Shown piece after piece: positions 56,109 through 64,000 of a stretch of 64,000 nt of DNA (its first letter is position 1; each line of letters begins with the position of its first letter). The position numbers were made by a program, and so were the translations under genes. Location of the stretch: assembly GCA_963806905.1 (NCBI GenBank), contig CAWEAA010000002.1, positions 310,640 to 374,639 on the forward strand. The letters run 5' to 3'. The DNA is from an uncultured Verrucomicrobiae bacterium. GTDB lineage: Bacteria; Verrucomicrobiota; Verrucomicrobiia; Limisphaerales; UBA11358. A model generated the notes under the pieces. It saw only the letters and a program-made list of their open reading frames with translations, had not been told where the DNA came from and ran no database searches.

Positions 56109-57872
56109 TTATCTTTTCGCGGGTGTTTCCGCCGCCAATTTTTCCCCCAGCCACGCCATCATTTTTGCCTGAAAGCCCGGGGCAACCTTGTCCCAATTGG
56201 CGATGCGATGTTGCGCGTTTGTGAGGGTAATCAAATCGCAGAGAACGCCGGCCGCCTTCAATCTCGCCTGAAACGCCAGCGTCAGGTCGTAAGCAACCGT
56301 TTTGTCCGTATCGCCCTGAATCAATAAAAATGGCGGCAGCCCCGGCCGGACATGATTGATTGGGGAAATCTTTCCCAACAGTTTCAACGTCCGGTCGTCC
56401 AACCGGTCACGGCCCAGAAGATTTGTCATGGAAGACCATTTATCCAGACCGCCGCGCCGGTGCGCGTCAGCGACCAAATCTGTCGGCGGCGCGAACCCGA
56501 CGACCGCCTGTACTTGCGTGTCTTTTTTTGCCGACATCGCCGCGAGCGCCGCCAGTTGGCCACCCGCGGAATAGCCCAGCAGCGCGATGCGGTTCGAGTC
56601 GCCCTTGAATTCCGCCGCATGTTGTTTCACCCAACGAATCGCCGTTTGCACGTCTTTAAAACACGCCGGCCACCGGTTCGTCGGTGCGAGCTGGTAATTG
56701 ATCGTGAACCAGGTGAAATTCGTCGCGACCGTCGCGAAGAGCGGCACGATGTCCGTCTCCTTGTCACCGCCGCTCCAGCCGCCGCCGTGAACGATAATCG
56801 CGACGGGAAATTTCCCTTCGCCGTCGGGAACGTGCGCGTCGAGCAATAATTTTTCACCCCCCGCTTCGCCATATTCGAGGTTCAAACAGTTGGCTCCGAA
56901 CGGTGAATTTTGCATCGCAACCGGATTCCAGCCATCCGCGCCGCCAAGAACCTTTTCCACCGTGATTTTTTCCGCTTCGGCTCCAGTCAATTGTTTGATC
57001 CAATCAGGCCGTGTGGTCCGACTCGCGCCCGGACCGGTGTTGTTGAATTCCGCGTAACGCGCCGTGGTGTGCGCCCCCGGTTTTTTCCAGTCGTTCCAGC
57101 CTTCGGGGCGAACAACCCCGGACATTTCCGTGTTCAGATAAATCGTGCTGGCGTAAACCCGCCACGGCCGGCCGAGGAACGTTTCCACGCCCGGCTTCGC
57201 CCCGGAGATTTGGCAATTCGCGAAAACAAATCCAAATGGTTCATCAACCGGCGTCGAGGCAGCGGTGATGTAGCCGCGGCCGAGACAGTTGATGTGGCAC
57301 TTCTCAAACCATGCCGTCGCCGCGCCAAAAATAAAATCCACCGCGCCGGCGATGTAACAATTTTCAAAATACTGCCGTCCGCGATTGAGCAAAATCGTGT
57401 CCTGCCAGCCGAGGAAACGGCAGTTGCGGAAACTGGCCCGGTCGCCGTCCACGCGGATGGCCAATGCCTGCCCGACCGCGCCGGCGGAATTTTCAAACGT
57501 GAGGTTCTCTGCCGTGAAATCGTCCGCGTCAATCGTCGTCGAAGGCGTGTGAAAAGTTCCAATCGGCCTGCCGTCAAAGTTGGTGAGACTGGCATACAGA
57601 CCAAAAGTCAGCACCGTGTTTGTCGCGCTCTCGCCGACCAATTTGAAAAAACGCTTCTCGCGCTGGAGGTAAATCAGCTCTTTATAGACGCCCGGCTTGA
57701 TGTGGATGATGACGGGATTCGTGTTGCTGCCTGACGGAACGGACATGACCGCCTCCTGCACGGATTTAAATGGCGCACTGCCGTCGGCGGCAACAAACAG
57801 GTTCGTCTGCGCCGCCAGATGCAGACCGGAGAAAATCCAAATGCCCAGCGCGAGGAAAAACAGACGGTTCAT
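56109..57872 (-). CDS. Pectin methylesterase (CE8) fused to an alpha/beta-hydrolase esterase
   Basis: GVYKE, QALA, GWQDT, GAVDFIFG, LGRPW (CE8); VHGGGW, GYSAGG, GDTD..V, H (esterase). Confidence 0.9.
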   Translation of the reverse strand: MNRLFFLALGIWIFSGLHLAAQTNLFVAADGSAPFKSVQEAVMSVPSGSNTNPVIIHIKPGVYKELIYLQREKRFFKLVGESATNTVLTFGLYASLTNFDGRPIGTFHTPSTTIDADDFTAENLTFENSAGAVGQALAIRVDGDRASFRNCRFLGWQDTILLNRGRQYFENCYIAGAVDFIFGAATAWFEKCHINCLGRGYITAASTPVDEPFGFVFANCQISGAKPGVETFLGRPWRVYASTIYLNTEMSGVVRPEGWNDWKKPGAHTTARYAEFNNTGPGASRTTRPDWIKQLTGAEAEKITVEKVLGGADGWNPVAMQNSPFGANCLNLEYGEAGGEKLLLDAHVPDGEGKFPVAIIVHGGGWSGGDKETDIVPLFATVATNFTWFTINYQLAPTNRWPACFKDVQTAIRWVKQHAAEFKGDSNRIALLGYSAGGQLAALAAMSAKKDTQVQAVVGFAPPTDLVADAHRRGGLDKWSSMTNLLGRDRLDDRTLKLLGKISPINHVRPGLPPFLLIQGDTDKTVAYDLTLAFQARLKAAGVLCDLITLTNAQHRIANWDKVAPGFQAKMMAWLGEKLAAETPAKR

Positions 57873-57895
57873 CCGGTGGATTTCGGAAAGGAACG

Positions 57896-59089
57896 TCACT
57901 TCTGGCCGGGTTTGTTTTTCCGGGCCAGGCCACAGGTCAATCCGAAGACCGGGGTTTTTTCACGAAATTGTTTGGCTGACATCCCCGTGACGCGTTTGAA
58001 AGCGATGCAAAAACTGTTTGCACTTTGGTAGCCGCACATCCCGGCGACCGTCTCAATTTTATGGTTTGAACCAATCAGCAGTTGTTTGGCCCGGTCAATC
58101 CGCACGCGCTGAAGTTCCTGCCCGGGCGTCCGTCCAAGGTGTTCCAGAAACGCCATGTGCAGCCCGCGCCGCGACATCGCGGCGACCCCGACCAGGTCTT
58201 TGACGCAGATGGGTTCGTGGCTGTGCTCCCAGATGTGGCGCAGGCTCCGGGCCACGCCCTTGTGCGCGATGGTCAGGATGTCGCTGCTCTTGCGGGCAAC
58301 GATTCCCACGGCCGGAATGCGAATGGGATTGGGGGGCGCAGGTTTGCCGTTCATCAAATTGTCCAGCAGTTCCGCGCCGCGATAGCCCAGGGTCTCCAGA
58401 TTCGTGTCCACGCTGGAAATGGGCGTGCGCATGGCATCCGGCGCCAGCAGATAATTTTCCGCGCCGATGATAGCAACCTGTTCGGGAATGGCTATGCCCA
58501 CGCTCTCACAAGATTCGAGCACGTCCAACGCCTGCTGGTCGTTCGCGGCAAAAACCGCGAGCGGCTTGGGCGCCCTTTTCATTTCCGCGGCGAGCCAGTT
58601 GCGCTTTTGCTTCCATTCATTGCGGCCGGTCGTGAAAACCGCCGACTGGTGCCAGCGGAGCCAATTGGCGTGGTGTCCGGCGCGTTTCAGCGCGTTGATG
58701 AACCCTTCGCCACGCTCCTCATAAGACCAGTTGTCCATGTCGCTGTAGAAAAGAAAATGGGTGAAACCGCGCGACAGAAAATGGTCGGCAACCAGTTGCG
58801 CGGCATGCGCGTGATCTTCCAGCACGCGGGGAAAATTCAATTGCGGACGCCGCAGGCTGAAATCCACCGTCGGCTTGTTGACGGCTTTGACAAATTCCGC
58901 GAGGTCGTCGCCCGCGCCGAGCCAGGCCAGAACGCCATCGCCTTCCCAACCCCAGGGAATTACCTTTTCCCGGGCCATATTGGAATAGAGATGCCAGCCA
59001 TGTTCCCGCGCATATTTCTCAATGCCCTGGTGCAAATGGTAATCATACCAGCCGAGTGCCAGGAGGACGCGCTTTTGTCTTTTGGCCAT
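57896..59089 (-). CDS. XylR-type regulator (periplasmic-binding-like domain + AraC HTH)
   Basis: N-terminal LacI-like sensor; C-terminal MSRRGL...RIDRAKQLL...CGYQSANSF...FKR. Confidence 0.88.
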   Translation of the reverse strand: MAKRQKRVLLALGWYDYHLHQGIEKYAREHGWHLYSNMAREKVIPWGWEGDGVLAWLGAGDDLAEFVKAVNKPTVDFSLRRPQLNFPRVLEDHAHAAQLVADHFLSRGFTHFLFYSDMDNWSYEERGEGFINALKRAGHHANWLRWHQSAVFTTGRNEWKQKRNWLAAEMKRAPKPLAVFAANDQQALDVLESCESVGIAIPEQVAIIGAENYLLAPDAMRTPISSVDTNLETLGYRGAELLDNLMNGKPAPPNPIRIPAVGIVARKSSDILTIAHKGVARSLRHIWEHSHEPICVKDLVGVAAMSRRGLHMAFLEHLGRTPGQELQRVRIDRAKQLLIGSNHKIETVAGMCGYQSANSFCIAFKRVTGMSAKQFREKTPVFGLTCGLARKNKPGQK

Positions 59090-59301
59090 GGGTTTACAAG
59101 ACGCTAAAACGAGACGCCCGTTTTTTCAAGCCCTTCCGCGCGGTTTGTGCTCTTTTTTCAAACAACTTTGCAAATCCTTGCCATATCCAAAGATAATAAC
59201 ATGCCCTATTCTTTTTTCACACATGATCCCGGAAACACATTTTTAAAAACGATACGACGCGACGGCGGAGATAAAAACGAAGTTTTCAAACAGTGGAAAG
59301 T

Positions 59302-60192
59302 ATGAATTGTTTTTTCAAAAACACAGACCCAAAGGTCAGCCGGCGCGGGGCCTTTACCTTGATTGAACTTCTGGTGGTCATTGCCATCATTGCCATTTTG
59401 GCGGCCATTTTGCTGCCGGCGCTCGCCGCAGCCAAGCGCAAGGCGTATTTGATCAACTGCAGTGCCAACATGAGGCAGACCTGTATGGCACTGCAGATGT
59501 ATTTTCTCGATTATAATGATCTGTGTCCGCCGGGTCCGGGTTCCCGAGCCACTCCAGGTCCGGGAGTGGACTACGGACTTACTTATGGTCAAGTTCCGGT
59601 TTACAATGGCCAGACTTCGGGGAATAGCGTGAAGTGGTTGCCGATATACATACATTCATATCTAACCTTGCCGGAACCCAGAACCATTGGAATCGTTTCA
59701 AACTTTGTTGTCCAGGTGTTCGTATGCCCGGCTTGGATGAGCCTCTGGGCGCCGGGCAATATTGACTCGGCCTCCAGCTTTACGGACCCCTCTAAGGATA
59801 ATTTTCAATCTTATGCCACTGCCAGCTCTGCGATGGGACCCTATGCGGTAAACATTGGCACGGGGGACAGTGGGGCGAAAGCGCTGTTAGACGCTGCCTT
59901 TCCAGCTGGAAACAGGATGGGTACAGGGGGATCCCAATTAGGTCCGGAACCGTTTGGTAAACAAGGCTCCGGTGGCCATGAACCTTTGAGCTTGAGCCTG
60001 ATCAGAAGTGCCGGGGTGTCGCTTTCCGCTCTGTGGGCCATTGCAGACGCTGACGAAGTTGCCGACTCTTCGTTGGTCAAACCGGGCGCCGCCCTCCGTC
60101 CAGTGCATAGAACCCTTCGCAGCTTTGGTTACTTCGACGGCCGGGCGGGGATTGTGAAGCTTGCTGCCGATGGAACCTATGATAGTCAATAA
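59302..60192 (+). CDS. Prepilin-type / H-X9-DG protein
   Basis: [28 protein letters not shown]; [12 protein letters not shown]. Confidence 0.88.
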   Translation: MNCFFKNTDPKVSRRGAFTLIELLVVIAIIAILAAILLPALAAAKRKAYLINCSANMRQTCMALQMYFLDYNDLCPPGPGSRATPGPGVDYGLTYGQVPVYNGQTSGNSVKWLPIYIHSYLTLPEPRTIGIVSNFVVQVFVCPAWMSLWAPGNIDSASSFTDPSKDNFQSYATASSAMGPYAVNIGTGDSGAKALLDAAFPAGNRMGTGGSQLGPEPFGKQGSGGHEPLSLSLIRSAGVSLSALWAIADADEVADSSLVKPGAALRPVHRTLRSFGYFDGRAGIVKLAADGTYDSQ

Positions 60193-60258
60193 AACAGATT
60201 TGTAAAAAATTGGACGGTATTCCAACTGACGGAAGAAATTCCCAACCCCAATCAAGTT

Positions 60259-63200
60259 ATGAGTAAAAATCCAACCCGGATGTTCAAAAAAATCATTGGA
60301 ATGTGCGGCGTTCTGCTGCTGATTCAGAACGCCCATGCGCAGTTCGGTTTTCCGGTTTATGAACCGTTTAGCGAATACGCGGAAGGCGACTGGATCGGGA
60401 AAAACACTTCCACCCAGAATCCCTTTAATGACCCGGCTGTGTACGCCAATTGGAGCATAGGCAACAGTATGAGCACCAATGAAAGCCCGGTGGTGAGTGT
60501 CGACTATGCCTTGAGTTATCCCGGCCTGTCTCCCGATCCGAATACTCCGCATAGAGGAATAATGGGACCTAGGCCCGGCACCGCTCCCCCAAGTAGCGGT
60601 CGAAGCGCCGGCGCACCGTTTACGGCACAGACCAGCGGGACGAATTACCTCTCATTCCTTTTGAACATTCAATCACTGCCCCCCACTGGCCCCAACAACG
60701 CCCGCCCCATCATTGGTGAGCTCGAGAGCGCGACCGCCACTTCAGCGAACGGCAGCAGCGGAGTCACCGTTTGGGTCACCCCGACCGGCCAGTTGCAGTT
60801 TGATGTGCACAACAGCAGCACACCATTGACGAACACAACCAGTGCTTTGACCGTCGGCAATACATACTTTGTCGTGCTGGCCTACGTGTTTTCAAATAAT
60901 ATAACGCACAACAGAGGGGAAGTGGACCTGTGGGTCAATCCGACCTCCCTGGGCAACGACGCGAGCATCCCGGCCCCGACCATCTTCACCACCAACTCCA
61001 ACCCTGACGGTGTGCATGGCGGCCCTTTGTCCTCTCCACCCACACTGACAAGCTTATTTCTTATCTACGGCACCTCACAAGGCGGTTCAGTCATTTCCAC
61101 CAATCTGTTTGACGAGTTGCGTGTGGACAATCATTGGGCGGGTGTGACGCCAACGGGTCCTTCGCCCGGGCCAACCTTCAATGTGACGGGCGGCGGCAAT
61201 GGATGTCCCGGCAGTGGTTTTGCGGTTGGTTTGGGCGGCTCAACTACGAGTGATAAGTATTGGCTTTACATCAATAGTGCGTTCTCCGGGCAAATCGTTG
61301 CCGGCACCGGTTCCGCCATCAGCTTCGGCCCGCAATTTGTTTCCGGAGTTTACGCCGTGTTGGCGAGCAACACGGCCAGTGGCAATCTCGGCTGGATGAA
61401 TGGCAACGCCGTCGTGTTGGTTACGGCCGGGCCGAACATTACCACCCAGCCAGCCTCGATCACGGTCGCCACCAATGGTTATGCAACCTTCTCCGTGACC
61501 GCCACCGGCGACGGGTTGGATTATCAATGGTATAAAAATAATGGAACCGGCCTGAGCGATGGCGGCCACGTCTCCGGCTCCCAGACCAGTACGCTGGTCA
61601 TTTCTCCGGCGACCACGGCCGACGCCGCGACGGTCGCCAATGGTTATTATGTGATCATCACCAACGGTTGCGGCTTGTCAGCCACTTCAACTCCGGTCGC
61701 GTCGTTGACCCTCGCAGCGCCGGCGAATCTGGTCTGGCAGGGAGGCAATCCCAATACGAACTGGGATTTGGGCATCAGCCCCAGCTGGACCAACAGCGCC
61801 GGCAACGGCAGTGCTGTGGTTTTCCAAACGGGTGATGGCGTTACTTTTGATGATTCTTCCGCCCAGCCGGTTGTGACCCTGGTTGGCATTTTGGCCCCCG
61901 GCTCAATCAACGAAACAGCCGCCGAGAATTATTTCATGACTGGCAGCGGCAGTGTTGCGGGGCCAACGGCCTGGCTCATGAGCGGTTCAGGCACACTGAC
62001 CATCAGCAACGCAAACAGCTACACCGGGGGCACAACGATCAGCAGCGGCCGGGTGGTTGTGGATGACTCGAGCCAGATGGCGCTCGGCGTCGGCACCGTG
62101 ACCCTGGCCGGGGGAACATTGGAAATAGGATTAAAATCAGGTTCAGCCCTTGTTGGTTTGAGCAATATCAATGTTACCGCCAGCAGCACCCTTCAATTTG
62201 ACGGCGCCGGATCGTATGCCTTCAATTTAATGAGCACATTGACCGGGTCATCCGGCGCAACACTCACCTTCTTGGACTATTTGAACAATAGCACAACGCC
62301 AGACAGGGTTCGTTTCTACGGATTTTTTACCAACAATGCTCCAATGGTCATTAGCACCTCCGGCAATGAAGTTGAGCTGGCTCCTTATAACACCACCAAC
62401 GGCAGTCAGGTTTACAACGGTCTCATTTCCGGCAGCGGCGGACGGTTTGTGCCGCGCGGCAATGGCAGTGCCATTTTTAATAATGGCGCCAATACCTTCA
62501 ATGACAGTGGTGCCAATGCCGGCGGCGCCGGGGGGAGCGGATACAGCGTTCTCCTGAGCAGCGGCAATGTCGGGGTGGGCGCAGATGCGGCAAGTTGGCC
62601 AACGTCCAGTCCGTTAGGCACGGGCATTCTGGGCATTCAAGTAGGCAGCGAGGGTGGTGAAAGTCACTTGTTCGCCAGCGGAGGCGCACACACGATTGCC
62701 AACACCATTGCTTACACCAGCGCGACAAACACTGTGACCCTGTCCCTCAGCGGCAGCAACAGCCTGACTTTGGCGGGCGCGTTTATACTCTCGGGCGCGG
62801 ACGGCACGGGTCCGACCAACCGGACAATCAACGAGCAAAACACCACCATGCCAAGCACAATTTCCGGCGTTATCAGTGATGCCGGCCTTGGCTGTGGCAT
62901 TACAAAGATTGGCGCCGGCACACTGGTATTTAGCGCGGTTAATACTTACGACGGCCCGACGACCGTCAGTAACGGCACTTTGCTGGTGAACGGACAAATC
63001 GACACCAACACCGTGACGGTGGCGGGCGGCACGCTCGGCGGATCCGGCACCATTCGCGGACCGGTGACGGTGTTGTCTGGCGGCACGCTTGCACCCGGCA
63101 CTTCCGCCATCGGCACGCTTACCATCAACAACACTCTCACCTTGAACGGCAACCTGTACTTCAAAGTCAACAAGTCGCTGTCACCGGCACAGTCCAATGA

Positions 63201-63645
63201 CATCGCGTCGGTCAGCGGCACACTGACCAGTAGTGGCATCGGAACATTGACGGTGTCGAACATGGGTCCGGCCCTGGTGGTCGGGGACAGGTTCAAGCTG
63301 TTTAACAAGGCCGTACCGAATGGCAGTACGCTGGGCGTATCCGGGGGTGGCGTGCAGTGGGCCAACAATCTGCAGGCTGACGGAAGCATTTCCGTGGATT
63401 CCCTGACAGTGCCGACGCCGGTCATCAACTCCGTCACGCTCCTGAGTGATGGCACGAATCTCGTGTTCAGCGGCAACAACGGCCCGGTCGGTGGCGGCTA
63501 TTCCGTATTGAGTTCCACCAACCTGGCGACGCCGCTGGCCAACTGGGTTTTGCAGGCGTCCGGCACGTTCGATAGTGCCGGCGAGTTTAACTACACCAAC
63601 GTCATCAATGGGCCCGTGAATTTCTTGCTGTTGCGAATACCGTGA
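60259..63645 (+). CDS. Large secreted protein with Ig domain and autotransporter passenger-associated repeats; no beta-barrel
   Basis: Signal ...NAHA-Q; GSGTLTISNANSYTGGTTI and KIGAGTLVFSAVNTYDGPTTV repeats; C-terminal YSVLSSTNLATPLANW domain. Confidence 0.87.
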   Translation: MSKNPTRMFKKIIGMCGVLLLIQNAHAQFGFPVYEPFSEYAEGDWIGKNTSTQNPFNDPAVYANWSIGNSMSTNESPVVSVDYALSYPGLSPDPNTPHRGIMGPRPGTAPPSSGRSAGAPFTAQTSGTNYLSFLLNIQSLPPTGPNNARPIIGELESATATSANGSSGVTVWVTPTGQLQFDVHNSSTPLTNTTSALTVGNTYFVVLAYVFSNNITHNRGEVDLWVNPTSLGNDASIPAPTIFTTNSNPDGVHGGPLSSPPTLTSLFLIYGTSQGGSVISTNLFDELRVDNHWAGVTPTGPSPGPTFNVTGGGNGCPGSGFAVGLGGSTTSDKYWLYINSAFSGQIVAGTGSAISFGPQFVSGVYAVLASNTASGNLGWMNGNAVVLVTAGPNITTQPASITVATNGYATFSVTATGDGLDYQWYKNNGTGLSDGGHVSGSQTSTLVISPATTADAATVANGYYVIITNGCGLSATSTPVASLTLAAPANLVWQGGNPNTNWDLGISPSWTNSAGNGSAVVFQTGDGVTFDDSSAQPVVTLVGILAPGSINETAAENYFMTGSGSVAGPTAWLMSGSGTLTISNANSYTGGTTISSGRVVVDDSSQMALGVGTVTLAGGTLEIGLKSGSALVGLSNINVTASSTLQFDGAGSYAFNLMSTLTGSSGATLTFLDYLNNSTTPDRVRFYGFFTNNAPMVISTSGNEVELAPYNTTNGSQVYNGLISGSGGRFVPRGNGSAIFNNGANTFNDSGANAGGAGGSGYSVLLSSGNVGVGADAASWPTSSPLGTGILGIQVGSEGGESHLFASGGAHTIANTIAYTSATNTVTLSLSGSNSLTLAGAFILSGADGTGPTNRTINEQNTTMPSTISGVISDAGLGCGITKIGAGTLVFSAVNTYDGPTTVSNGTLLVNGQIDTNTVTVAGGTLGGSGTIRGPVTVLSGGTLAPGTSAIGTLTINNTLTLNGNLYFKVNKSLSPAQSNDIASVSGTLTSSGIGTLTVSNMGPALVVGDRFKLFNKAVPNGSTLGVSGGGVQWANNLQADGSISVDSLTVPTPVINSVTLLSDGTNLVFSGNNGPVGGGYSVLSSTNLATPLANWVLQASGTFDSAGEFNYTNVINGPVNFLLLRIP

Positions 63646-63669
63646 CGGCAGGCGAACCAAATAAGAACC

Positions 63670-63710
63670 AATGGCAGTATGGATTGAGAGTTAAACTATA
63701 CTGCCATTTT
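63670..63710 (+). terminator. Probable terminator hairpin
   Basis: AATGGCAGTAT...ATACTGCCATT followed by TT. Confidence 0.6.
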
Positions 63711-63900
63711 AATTTAATTGTCCTGTGATTTGCCTTGTCCACCGTCGGGTGTTCTTAAATTGACTGCATCAAATCAACCGGTTCTAAAATCGCCGACTTG
63801 GTTTGCAAGGAAAACCGGCGGCGGGGGGGTACATTTTTTTAAACTGATTTGCTCAAATTGGTGTGTTCAGCGGGGACATATTAATGCACTTTCCCGTCCC

Positions 63901-64000
63901 ATGCGCTTAATCATTGCCTCCGCTCGGGTTTTTCTTTTTTTTGCCATTTCGCTCCACGCCGCTGACGGGGCAAAAGTATTTGATGTCCGCCAGTTTGGCG
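63901..64000 (+). CDS. Start of a secreted GH28/pectate-lyase-3-like beta-helix enzyme (truncated by window end)
   Basis: MRLIIASARVFLFFAISLHAADGAKVFDVRQFG: signal peptide plus the V..FGA(xGDG) N-terminal motif; pectin context. Confidence 0.6.
   Translation, partial: MRLIIASARVFLFFAISLHAADGAKVFDVRQFG

Overview
GC-rich bacterial chromosomal segment. Gene content, many prepilin/H-X9-DG proteins, passenger-repeat proteins without a beta-barrel and the repeat families suggest Verrucomicrobiota (Pedosphaera/Limisphaerales-like); this is an inference. It carries housekeeping genes (rpsU, cca, rpmH-rnpA-yidD-yidC-jag, serA, gdhA, nth, gmhA, KamA-like) and a split pectin/hexuronate pathway (two KdgK-like kinases, LarA-family epimerase, SDR, uxaC, ExuT-like MFS, uxaE, CE8 fusion esterase, XylR-like regulator, start of a GH28-like gene). 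It also has a compact T2SS/ComG-like operon without a secretin. An AT-richer island (~18.9-24.5 kb) encodes a Sec-signal TPR-linker-lipase and three tandem lipoproteins with conserved ends and variable middles; it is bordered by gene remnants and a 21-bp periodic tract. A recurring feature is palindromic and heptamer repeats of several families, some translated in frame inside or at the ends of genes (cca, yidD, rnpA, a GspF, an Ig domain). No rRNA, tRNA, CRISPR array, integrase or transposase was recognised. All family calls come from motif recognition by eye, not database searches.
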